Origin: a virus
Lineage: Duplodnaviria; Caudoviricetes
Length of the DNA: 64,000 nucleotides
Virus record (IMG/VR): IMGVR_UViG_3300036824_000037
Location: 64,817-128,816 of that record
Reading direction: 5' to 3' (one strand)
Shown here: one piece after another, positions 1 to 7,765 of the stretch
Layout: each line of letters begins with the position of its first letter
How positions within the stretch are numbered: position 1 is the first letter of the stretch
Made by a program: the position numbers and the translations under genes
The notes under the pieces: generated by a model
The model's database searches: none
The model's input: only the letters and a program-made list of their open reading frames with translations
Told to the model about the DNA's origin: nothing

Positions 1-20
1 GATGTGGGGTTCGAAAGCGT

Positions 21-153
21 GGAGCGGATGTGGGGGTGAGTACCGCGTTAATGTCCTAGGCCGCTAGACGACAGGGCGCTTGCGCGCCCCGGTGGGATTC
101 GAACCCACGTCCTTCCTGGGAAAGAGGTAAGCGACACTCGTTCGACCCGCTCC
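21..153 (-). ncRNA. yrlA: YrlA-like Y RNA (Ro60/Rsr-binding stem plus circularly permuted tRNA-like domain)
   Basis: Minus strand: 5' GGAGCGGGTCGAA pairs with 3' CACATCCGCTCC (GNCGAA Ro motif); inner stem GAGTGTCGC/GCGGTACTC; T arm GTGGG-TTCGAAT-CCCAC; acceptor-like stem CGGGGCGC-GCAA-GCGCCCTG closed by a tetraloop; D arm GTCT-AGCGGCCTA-GGAC. Confidence 0.85.
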
Positions 154-187
154 CAAGCCTTCGCTGTTCAGTTGTAGCCGAGGCGGA

Positions 188-253
188 ACGGATGTGGGCG
201 TTGGGACCGGAAAGGAACCCAAGCAATGGATAACCGATCCCTGTTCGACCCGT
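188..253 (-). ncRNA. Second, short Y RNA-like ncRNA (Ro-binding stem only)
   Basis: Same terminal motifs as 21..153: ACGGGTCGAA ... CACATCCGT, inner stem GGGATCGG/CCGGTCCC, and TTA after the stem; no tRNA domain. Confidence 0.7.
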
Positions 254-434
254 CGAGCGCGTGCGCCAGGTACTGGACGGGACGATAGCCGCCCGCCCGC
301 CTAGGCGCGAATCGTTTCCCGCCACATCGCGCGTTTCGTTGCGTGGCGTCGCCTTTCGTCATCGCTTCGTTGCGCGACTCTGGCCAGAAGCGTTCGATTG
401 GATCGCTGCGCACCACAGTGCCACCATCGGGGCC

Positions 435-629
435 ATGGCAACTGATCGGCCGTTGACCACCGCCCAGACCCAGGCGCTGCGGTACGTCCAAGACGTGACC
501 GCGACGGCATTGGACCGCTGGCCGCAAGCGAGCGACGAGGAGCGGCGGGACCTGCTCGCGTCGCTGCGCCTTCACGCGGACCAGGCGGCGCTGCTGCTGC
601 ACGCGGACCTGGACGGGAGTGGCCGATGA
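435..629 (+). CDS. hypothetical protein (probably leaderless)
   Basis: ATG at 435 preceded by -10-like CACCAT; stop overlaps the next start (ATGA). Confidence 0.6.
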   Translation: MATDRPLTTAQTQALRYVQDVTATALDRWPQASDEERRDLLASLRLHADQAALLLHADLDGSGR

Positions 630-979
630 TCCGCGCGTATGTGGCGCACGCCCAGTACGGCGGCGCGGTCGCGATCTCCCTGGTGTTGCACGGCGCGGAG
701 CCGGACATCCCGCGCCGGATCCTGCGGGTCGTCTCGTCCGGTGAGGGCGACGAGTACCGGATGCACACCGAGTGGCATCAGTTCGACCCCTATGACGCGG
801 TGCCGCCGACGCTGACTCTGGGCCACGACGAGGCGATCGCGCTGATGGAGGCGCTGCGCACCCACTACTCGGGCGTGGACGACGCGCGGATGCTGCGGTC
901 GGACTACGACAAGGAACGCGGCCGAGTGGATGACCTGCTCAAGGTCGTGTCCGAGGTGGCACTCGGGAGGGCGGCGTGA
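626..979 (+). CDS. hypothetical phage protein
   Basis: Translationally coupled ORF with high GC3. Confidence 0.7.
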   Translation: MIRAYVAHAQYGGAVAISLVLHGAEPDIPRRILRVVSSGEGDEYRMHTEWHQFDPYDAVPPTLTLGHDEAIALMEALRTHYSGVDDARMLRSDYDKERGRVDDLLKVVSEVALGRAA

Positions 980-1422
980 CCAGATTCAACGCGATCGAAG
1001 CGCCCCTGCAGGCCGCAGCGGAGCGCGCGGCCGAGCGGATACGCGTACATCTCGTCGAGGACGGGGAGGCCGCCAGGGCCGCAACGCCCGGGCGGTGGGA
1101 GAAGGTCGCGGACATCGACGAGTGCGACGAGTTCGAGGTGCGCTCGGATCAGAGTCCACCGGGACGCCCGCGCACCCTGTACCGCTGGGTCGTCAGCGCG
1201 GGCGGCCGTGGCGGCGTGTATGACGAGGCGGACGCCGACCACATCGCCCGGCACGACCCGGCGCGGGTGCTGGACCAGTGCGGTTCGCTCGCCGACGCGC
1301 TGATGGATCTGGAGCGGATCGCGACGCGCAGCCCGGACCCGGATTCGCGCATGTGGGCACGAGGCGTGATCCATCACCTGGCGCGCATCTGGGAACCGGA
1401 CGAGGACGGCGCCGATGGCTGA
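976..1422 (+). CDS. DUF6221-like actinophage protein
   Basis: ATPGRW and ADHIARHDPARVL motifs. Confidence 0.65.
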   Translation: MTRFNAIEAPLQAAAERAAERIRVHLVEDGEAARAATPGRWEKVADIDECDEFEVRSDQSPPGRPRTLYRWVVSAGGRGGVYDEADADHIARHDPARVLDQCGSLADALMDLERIATRSPDPDSRMWARGVIHHLARIWEPDEDGADG

Positions 1423-1600
1423 CCGTGATGCGGTGCTCGTGACGCTGACCGCCGAAATCCCGACGCGGCCCGGCCCGGCGCCGGTGGCGCCGGCAGGGCC
1501 GTACGCGCGCCTACTCCGGAGTCAAGGCGTCAGCGCCGGCGAACTGGAGCGGATCAAGGCGGGGCTACTCGCGCTCGCCGGACCGGAGGCCACCGCATGA
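1415..1600 (+). CDS. hypothetical protein
   Basis: Overlapping, coupled ORF. Confidence 0.55.
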   Translation: MADRDAVLVTLTAEIPTRPGPAPVAPAGPYARLLRSQGVSAGELERIKAGLLALAGPEATA

Positions 1601-2007
1601 CCGAGTTTACGATCCAACTCGTCGGCGACCGGGGCGTGCTGCTCGTGGAGGGCCGCGTGAGCCCCCTGTTTGGCGAGCTGGTCGGCTGCAAGATCGAACG
1701 CATCATGCCGCTGGACTTCACACGCCCCGACCCGCCCCCGTCCCACATCAGTGCGTTGCCCAAGCCCGTCGTGGAGGTGACGCTGCGCCTGCCGCTCGGC
1801 GGCAACGACCGGCTCACGCTGGTGCGCGACACCAGCATCGAGACGCTGAACGGGCCGACCGAATCGGAGATCCGCTCGTCGGGGCCGGGTGCGGTGGCGC
1901 TGCTGGACCGGTGGCTCGCCCAGCATGAGGACGAGCCGGGTGGGGCGCTGATCGCGAAGGCGCGGGAACTGCTCACCGGGAACGCCGATTGGAGGCGGCA
2001 ACCGTGA
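1597..2007 (+). CDS. hypothetical protein
   Basis: GGAGG RBS, ATGA coupling. Confidence 0.65.
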   Translation: MTEFTIQLVGDRGVLLVEGRVSPLFGELVGCKIERIMPLDFTRPDPPPSHISALPKPVVEVTLRLPLGGNDRLTLVRDTSIETLNGPTESEIRSSGPGAVALLDRWLAQHEDEPGGALIAKARELLTGNADWRRQP

Positions 2008-2638
2008 GCGGGCACACGTCCTGGGCCGCTTACAGAGCGTGCCGAGAGCGTGCCATGTGGGACGCATCGACCCCGCAGCAGCGCCGTGAGCGCGCGACAT
2101 GCAGGCGCCGCGACAGGGGCACCCTCGACCGCGCCCTGTGGGCCGGGCAGGTGCGCGACAAGCTCACCCAAGCCTTGGGCGCGGCCAGCCGGGCGAGCCG
2201 TTCGACTGGCGGGTATGGCCACCCACCGACGAACAGGAGATCGCGGACGCTGCGGCGCGCGAGTTCGGGTTCAAACCGTTCAGGGCGCCGGGGCGTTACG
2301 ATCCGGCGCTTGACGGCGTCACCACCGCGGCGGAACGAGAGGCCGCACACCAGGCGCTGATGGACGGGCTGGCCGAGTTGAGGTTCTCTAGCGCGTACGG
2401 CCAGGCGTGGGCCGCGCCAGCCTACGTCGGCCAGTTACGGCGCGACCGGAACGGGGTGTTCGGCGAGTTCGACCCGACGCCCCCGCGCATCGCTGAACCT
2501 GAGCGCCGCCGTCACCGCTGCGACGAGCGCTGCACCTGCCCGGCGGACGGCAAGCCGATGTTCTACGCCCCGTCGCAGGCCGTGCACGCCTGCGTCGACC
2601 CTGACTGCCGCTATGCGCGGCCGGAAGACCTGCCGTGA
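2004..2638 (+). pseudogene. hypothetical protein split by a frameshift near 2185 (error or decay)
   Basis: GTG start with GGAGG at 2004; the protein-like reading moves frame; span is 635 bp (one base short); C-terminal Cys motifs. Confidence 0.45.
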
Positions 2639-2871
2639 GCGACCAGGTGACCGCCTACCAGGGCGCACCGTCCACCCCGATGCCCGCCCTGCCCGCGACG
2701 GCGTTCCTGCACGTCTGGTTGGACATCGCCCTGAACGACCCGGTGGGGCGGCCGGTGCTCTGCCCGCGCTGCCGCGCCGTGGCCGCGTCGGTGGAGGTCG
2801 GGCGCGGCGAGCCGGCCTGGTTCCGGATCGGGCCGTGCGGGTGCCTGTTCGAGATCGTTGGGGGCGGCTGA
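2635..2871 (+). CDS. small Zn-ribbon-like protein
   Basis: CPRC ... PCGC motifs, coupled. Confidence 0.6.
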   Translation: MSDQVTAYQGAPSTPMPALPATAFLHVWLDIALNDPVGRPVLCPRCRAVAASVEVGRGEPAWFRIGPCGCLFEIVGGG

Positions 2872-3191
2872 TGCGCTTCCGAACCTGGGTGCGTTTCCCC
2901 GACGGCGCGATCCGCCACGCCCGCTACGACTCGGTCACCGACACCGTGACCCGGTTCCTGTGCGCCGACGCCGACGAGGCCCTGCATCTCGGCGGGGCGA
3001 TGGACGACGACTACGACCCGGCGTGGGACGGACTCGGCATGCCGGTGACGCTCGCGACCGATTACGACGACACGCACTGGCCTGGGACCGCGTACCGGGA
3101 GCCGGGCTCGGACTGGTGGTGGCTGACCTCCGGCACCGAGCCGGGCGACGACGTTATCCGCGAGGGGCTGCCGGGGTGGGCGCGCGGATGA
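2871..3191 (+). CDS. hypothetical protein
   Basis: TGATG coupling; MRFRTWVRFPDG start. Confidence 0.65.
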   Translation: MRFRTWVRFPDGAIRHARYDSVTDTVTRFLCADADEALHLGGAMDDDYDPAWDGLGMPVTLATDYDDTHWPGTAYREPGSDWWWLTSGTEPGDDVIREGLPGWARG

Positions 3192-3210
3192 GCGAGGGGA
3201 ACGCGGCGGC

Positions 3211-3621
3211 GTGACCCGCGCCCCGGTGGACGAGCGGCACGCCTGCCCGGGTCTGGTGTGGATCGACTCCGACGCCCACCCGTGCGGACTGTGGTGGCGC
3301 CACGACGGCGAGCATGTGCCGTTCGTGGGGGATTACCTGCCGCCGCCGCTCCTGCACCCGCTCGACGCGCGACTGGTCCCGATCCGGGCGCGCGAGACGG
3401 GGACTGCGTGCCCGAACGGGCATGGCGGCCGGTGGTTCGAGCCGTTCCCGGGGCGGCGGTGGTGGATCGAGCCGAGCTACCAGGTGGAGGCGACGACAGC
3501 GTTGCGGCACTTCGTGGACGGCCACTGGCTGGCGCCGCAGACCGAGCTCGAGTGGCGGTTCGAACCATGTGGGTGCACGTTCCGGGAGATTGTCACAGCG
3601 CCCGATGTCGAATTGAACTGA
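3211..3621 (+). CDS. hypothetical Cys/His-rich protein
   Basis: CPNGH ... PCGC motifs; last gene of the + operon. Confidence 0.6.
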   Translation: MTRAPVDERHACPGLVWIDSDAHPCGLWWRHDGEHVPFVGDYLPPPLLHPLDARLVPIRARETGTACPNGHGGRWFEPFPGRRWWIEPSYQVEATTALRHFVDGHWLAPQTELEWRFEPCGCTFREIVTAPDVELN

Positions 3622-3658
3622 ACAACTCGACGCGGTGTTGCGGACACTGCAACGCTGG

Positions 3659-3880
3659 TCAGGCGGCGCGCCGGGCTTGGCGGATCACGCCCTCGACGGC
3701 GAGATCACGCGCGAACGCCGCGGCGTCGCGCAGCAGCCGGGGTATCCCACAGGAGCACGGGGTTCCCGCGCCGTCGAACTGGGCGCAAAGATCGTTATGG
3801 ATGTTCGTGCTGTCGCTCGAGGCTGCGTCCAGGCGCTCGAGCAGATCCCACTCGGCGTCGGCTTCCGGGACTGTCCCCAC
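3659..3880 (-). CDS. hypothetical protein
   Basis: H..C...CSC motif; convergent with the + operon. Confidence 0.5.
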   Translation of the reverse strand: MGTVPEADAEWDLLERLDAASSDSTNIHNDLCAQFDGAGTPCSCGIPRLLRDAAAFARDLAVEGVIRQARRAA

Positions 3881-3949
3881 GGGCCATTGTTGTACACCAG
3901 TCCGCTGACATGCGCGCCCCGATCACGGAAACCGGGGCGCGCGTGCAGG

Positions 3950-4234
3950 TCAGTGCTGAGGCGCCTGCCTGTGGCGCATCATGGCGCACAGCGCGGACCA
4001 GGTTGCGCGGGCGGCCTGGTAGATGAGCGCGAACCCGAGCCTCCACGCGGTGCCGACACTGAGGGCGCCCTGCTCCTCGGCGGACAGTTTGTCGGGGTGC
4101 CAGAGGAACACGGTGGCGCCCTCGCCGGGCTCCGACGCGACACCCACGATCCACTTGCCGCCGCCGGACACGTCGCGCCCGACGCACACCGTTTCGGAGT
4201 GCAGCGCGGGCCTACAGAACGTCGCGTGGGTCAT
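3950..4234 (-). CDS. hypothetical protein (distant DUF6907-like)
   Basis: H-x3-C-x4-H-x4-C N-terminus and C-terminal amphipathic helix; coupled to the upstream gene. Confidence 0.55.
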   Translation of the reverse strand: MTHATFCRPALHSETVCVGRDVSGGGKWIVGVASEPGEGATVFLWHPDKLSAEEQGALSVGTAWRLGFALIYQAARATWSALCAMMRHRQAPQH

Positions 4235-4488
4235 CGCACGGGCCTCAGCAGAGTGAGCACGGGCCGCTCCGGCTCGTCGCCGCGCCGTTCGGCCGCCTCG
4301 GCGGCTTCCCGCCCGAGGGTGATCAGTTCGAACGCGCGGAACAGGTCGGCGAGTTCCTCGCGGGTGACGGTGTCGAGGCGGGCAATGGCGCGGTAGTCGG
4401 CGGCGGTCTTGCCCGCGACGTAGCCCTGCCGGTAGGCGACGCTGTTCCACATCAGGTTGTGGACGAGTTTGCGCAGGCGACGGATCAT
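4231..4488 (-). CDS. hypothetical protein
   Basis: ATGA coupling at both ends. Confidence 0.6.
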   Translation of the reverse strand: MIRRLRKLVHNLMWNSVAYRQGYVAGKTAADYRAIARLDTVTREELADLFRAFELITLGREAAEAAERRGDEPERPVLTLLRPVR

Positions 4489-4850
4489 GCTCCACCGCCT
4501 GTCGCCGCGTAGAGGCGCCGGGCCAGGGTGTCGATCGTCGCCTGGAGTGCGGCGCGGTCGGCGAAGTCCGCCGCCGTCCACAGGCGCACCGCCAGCATCC
4601 GCGCCCCGTCGGCGGTGAAGTCGGCGGCCGGTCGCGGCAGGTCGCACAGGCGCACGCCCGGCGCCTGCCCCTCGGCCTGGTTGACGATGACGTGCTCGCC
4701 GAACGCGTCGCCCTGCCCGGTCCAGTGGTCGTCGGTGACGCCCGGCTCGATATGCGCGGCCTGACACCAGGGCGGGCAGGTCGGCAGGCTGAACTCGTCG
4801 TGCAGGCTCGGGGCCGCGGAGGGCGTGGGTGTGGTGGTGAGAGACTGCAT
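4485..4850 (-). CDS. DUF6907-like protein
   Basis: TCPPWC...H motif and DFT..GAR.LA....AAD; paralogue of 28812..29153. Confidence 0.65.
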   Translation of the reverse strand: MQSLTTTPTPSAAPSLHDEFSLPTCPPWCQAAHIEPGVTDDHWTGQGDAFGEHVIVNQAEGQAPGVRLCDLPRPAADFTADGARMLAVRLWTAADFADRAALQATIDTLARRLYAATGGGA

Positions 4851-4882
4851 CTGATCCGGATTCCTTCCACGGGACGGATCAA

Positions 4883-4912
4883 GGCCCGGCAGCGTTTGCG
4901 CGCTGCCGGGCC
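4883..4912 (-). terminator. 12-bp stem hairpin between xis and the DUF6907-like gene
   Basis: GGCCCGGCAGCG-tttgcg-CGCTGCCGGGCC. Confidence 0.5.
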
Positions 4913-4919
4913 ACTTGTG

Positions 4920-5123
4920 TTACGCCGCGAGGACGGCGTCGATGTTGAGGTACTCGTGCAATGCGGCGTCCGGGATCCGGAACTGGTTGCCGACTTTCAC
5001 GGCCTTGAGTTCGCCGCTGTGGATCAGGCGGTACACGGTGGCCTTCCCGATGTGAAGCGCCTCCGCCACCGCCTCTGGTGTGTACATCTCGCCGAGGTCG
5101 GGCCGGTTTTTCGGCGCTGCCAT
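4920..5123 (-). CDS. xis: excisionase-family (HTH_17) DNA-binding protein
   Basis: YTPEAVAEALHIGKATVYRLIHSGELKAVKVGNQFRIP; AGGAGG RBS. Confidence 0.85.
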   Translation of the reverse strand: MAAPKNRPDLGEMYTPEAVAEALHIGKATVYRLIHSGELKAVKVGNQFRIPDAALHEYLNIDAVLAA

Positions 5124-5166
5124 CGGGCCTCCTCTGTGTTGTTGACTCCCATGAGGCAGAGTATCA

Positions 5167-5184
5167 CTACACGCACTGTACTGC
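5167..5184. promoter_or_regulatory. putative GntR operator overlapping the xis promoter
   Basis: CTACACGCACTGTACTGC matches the reverse complement of 5995..6012 at 17/18 positions. Confidence 0.55.
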
Positions 5185-5219
5185 TACACTGATCCTGATG
5201 AAACTCATGAGAACGGCGA

Positions 5220-5247
5220 AAGCCCCGGCCATCGGCGGCCGGGGCTT
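5220..5247 (-). terminator. intrinsic terminator downstream of GntR
   Basis: AAGCCCCGGCC-atcggc-GGCCGGGGCTT. Confidence 0.65.
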
Positions 5248-5269
5248 CACAACGGAGGCACGGGTGGCG

Positions 5270-5971
5270 TCACAACTCGAACTGCACCACGTACCGCTCC
5301 GCACTCATGACGAACTGCGCCACCTCCACCGCACGCCCCGCCGCCGTGCGCGCCTGACGCACCGCGCGCAACAGCGAGATACCGGTGCGCACACCCAGCT
5401 CGCTGCGCTCCTCGCGCCGACCCACGGGTGCGCCGACCCACACCGACGCCGACCCGGCCGGGAAGCCCAGCCGCGCCAGCTCCGCGACCGTCCCGTCCGG
5501 GATGACCTCGCGGCGCGCCAGCGCGGTGCCGTCGGCCACGTCCATCGGGTAGTAGGCCGTGACCAGCTCGACCGGTCCGAGCCGCTCGCGCACGATCGCC
5601 GACCGGCGTTCGATCACCACCGCCCCAGTCTCGATGCCGAGCAGGTCGGCGGCAAAGCGGGGCGCACCGACCGGGCCGACTGCCGCGATCCTCTCGCTCT
5701 CCCCGTCTCGCAGCGCCCGGTCGAGAGTGAGGGGCACCTCCGTGACCTCGGTCGGCACGCGCACGAAAACTCCGACGCCCTGGCGCACCTCGACCGCGCC
5801 GTCCGCTCGCAGGGCCGACAGTGCCCGCTGCACGGTCTGCGTCGAGACGTCGTACTGGTCCATCAGGTCGCGCACCGACGGCAGCCGGCCGCCGGGGGGC
5901 CATTCCCCGTCCGTGATCCTGGCCTGCAACTCGCTCGCGATGCGCTGCGCACCCATGGTCAGCTCCGCCAC
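5270..5971 (-). CDS. GntR/HutC family regulator with UTRA domain (KorSA-like)
   Basis: RLPSVRDLMDQYDVSTQTVQRALSALRADGAVEVRQGVGVFV wHTH plus a UTRA-like C-terminus. Confidence 0.9.
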   Translation of the reverse strand: MAELTMGAQRIASELQARITDGEWPPGGRLPSVRDLMDQYDVSTQTVQRALSALRADGAVEVRQGVGVFVRVPTEVTEVPLTLDRALRDGESERIAAVGPVGAPRFAADLLGIETGAVVIERRSAIVRERLGPVELVTAYYPMDVADGTALARREVIPDGTVAELARLGFPAGSASVWVGAPVGRREERSELGVRTGISLLRAVRQARTAAGRAVEVAQFVMSAERYVVQFEL

Positions 5972-5994
5972 GGCCGTCCTTCCGTCGTAGCACG

Positions 5995-6012
5995 GCAGCA
6001 CAGTGCGTGTAG
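5995..6012. promoter_or_regulatory. putative GntR operator in the divergent GntR/helicase promoter
   Basis: Inverted copy of 5167..5184; extra CACTGA-TC-TCAGTG palindrome adjacent. Confidence 0.55.
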
Positions 6013-6063
6013 CACTGATCTCAGTGTCGCACTGTATCGGTTCGGTGCCACGGCAGGCCGCCG

Positions 6064-6291
6064 GTGACCGCGCTTGACGACTACGACTGCGGCTACGCCG
6101 ATGGCGTCGAGGAAGGGCGCCGACGGGCCGAGGCGGAGATCGCACAGTCCTGGGCCGAACTCGCCCGCAGCATCCGGCGCGACGCCGAACGGCTACGCGG
6201 ACCCGTACCGGAACCCCAGCGGCGCGAGCAGCACGACGACAGCATCTGGTTCACGCCCGCCGAGCGGGCCATATGGGCGGGTGAAGCGTGA
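6064..6291 (+). CDS. small hypothetical protein upstream of the helicase
   Basis: GYADGVEEGRRRA motif; coupled to the AAA gene. Confidence 0.6.
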   Translation: MTALDDYDCGYADGVEEGRRRAEAEIAQSWAELARSIRRDAERLRGPVPEPQRREQHDDSIWFTPAERAIWAGEA

Positions 6292-7505
6292 TCGAGGACA
6301 ACGTCGCCTACGCGGGCTTTCGGGACTTCATGGACGAGCAGGACCGCGCCGAGCACGACCCCGGACCCCCTGACGACGAACCCGCGCCGGACGATGAACG
6401 GGCGCAGTCGCGGCGGATCGTCCTGACCCCGGCGTCGAAGATCAAGCTTCGCAAGGTCGAGTGGCTCTGGGACACCACCCCGGAGGGCGAGTTCCCCACC
6501 TCGCACGGGCGCATCCCCGCGAACACGCTCGCCCTCGGCTCCGGCGGCGCCGGGATCGGCAAGTCGCAGTTCTGCGCCTGGTTCGCCGCCCGCATCACGC
6601 GCGGGACACTGCCCGGCGCGCTGTTCGGCAGGCCCCGCTCCGTCATCTACGCCGCCACGGAAGACGACTGGGAGCGCACCATCGCGCCCCGTCTCGTCGC
6701 GGCCGGAGCCGACCTCGACCGGATCTACCGCATCGACGTCCGCGACGACGAGGACCTGCACGCCCGGCTCACCCTGCCGTCGGACATCTCGCTTCTCGGC
6801 AAGGCGTCCGAGCAGTACAACGTGGCGCTCGTCATCGCCGACCCGCTGCTGTCACTGATCGACGACAAGATCAACGACTATCGGCAGAAGGAAGTGCGCA
6901 ACGCGCTCGAACCGCTGGCCGCCTGCGCGGGCAGGCACGGCTTCACGGTCCTCGGGCTGGTCCACTTCACCAAGTCCGGCGCGGCCGACCCGCTCAACCG
7001 CGTCTCGGGTTCGGGCGCCTTCGGCCAGGTCGTGCGGTCCGTGGTCGCGTTCGTGCGCAACGAGTCGGAGGACGGCGGCCCGAAGTTCGTGATGTCGCAG
7101 GTCAAGAACAACCTGGGCCGGCTGGACCTGCCGTCGTTCAGCTACTCGATCGAACCGGTGACCGTCGCGACGGAAGAGGGCGACGCGTACCTGTCCAAGT
7201 TCGTGCTCGGCGAGGAGACCACGACGTCGGTCACGCAGGTGATGCGGGCGGAGTTGCAGGGCTCCGAGGACAACGGCGCCACGGGCGAGGCGATGGAGTG
7301 GCTGCGCGGGATTCTCGCGGACAACGGCGGCTCGGAAAAGCTCTCCGAGATCAAGAAGCTGGCGAAGAAGGAGGGCATCGCCGAGGCGACGCTCTACCGG
7401 GCATCCAAGAAACTCGGCGTCCGCTCGAAGGTCGTCGGGTTCGGCAAGGAGCGGACGTCGACCTGGTACCTGCGGGAGGCGTGGCCGACCGAGGAAGAGG
7501 CTTGA
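6288..7505 (+). CDS. AAA_25 / RepA-like SF4 helicase with C-terminal winged helix
   Basis: VEWLW, Walker A GGAGIGKS, Walker B LVIADP, HFTK, GSGAF, KNNLG; no primase domain. Confidence 0.85.
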   Translation: MIEDNVAYAGFRDFMDEQDRAEHDPGPPDDEPAPDDERAQSRRIVLTPASKIKLRKVEWLWDTTPEGEFPTSHGRIPANTLALGSGGAGIGKSQFCAWFAARITRGTLPGALFGRPRSVIYAATEDDWERTIAPRLVAAGADLDRIYRIDVRDDEDLHARLTLPSDISLLGKASEQYNVALVIADPLLSLIDDKINDYRQKEVRNALEPLAACAGRHGFTVLGLVHFTKSGAADPLNRVSGSGAFGQVVRSVVAFVRNESEDGGPKFVMSQVKNNLGRLDLPSFSYSIEPVTVATEEGDAYLSKFVLGEETTTSVTQVMRAELQGSEDNGATGEAMEWLRGILADNGGSEKLSEIKKLAKKEGIAEATLYRASKKLGVRSKVVGFGKERTSTWYLREAWPTEEEA

Positions 7506-7506
7506 T

Positions 7507-7732
7507 CAACTATCACTCGCCTGCGCGTTGATAGCGATGAGAGTTATGAGAGTTATGCGCTTGACCTGCGGGTTAGCGGGAGGGGTCTTGATAGTTACGG
7601 GCGATCCCGGTGAGAGCTATGGAGCCCGACTTGATCATGGTCATCTTCATAACTCTCAGTCTCCATCCATAACTCTCACCATAACTATCAACGAAGAAGA
7701 GCAGGTCAGAACCATAACTCTCATAACTATCA
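7507..7732. repeat. mirror-symmetric iteron array, putative replication origin
   Basis: About five TGAKAGYTAY-type copies at 7529-7620 face five ATAACTMTCA copies at 7649-7732; TGACCTGC (7562) and GCAGGTCA (7701) are symmetric; region is AT-rich. Confidence 0.75.
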
Positions 7733-7765
7733 GCGCCTCGTGTGTGACGGCGCCGGGTGCGGTCG

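Noticed and set aside
1-20. Possible third Y RNA unit (GATGTGGGG, TTCGAA)
   Set aside because: Truncated by the window edge; pairing cannot be verified.
51-110. Canonical tRNA-Glu gene
   Set aside because: The halves are in permuted order, the acceptor stem is closed by a loop and there is no CCA end; it fits a YrlA Y RNA instead.
7507-7732. CRISPR array
   Set aside because: Repeats are 10 bp, irregularly spaced and in both orientations.
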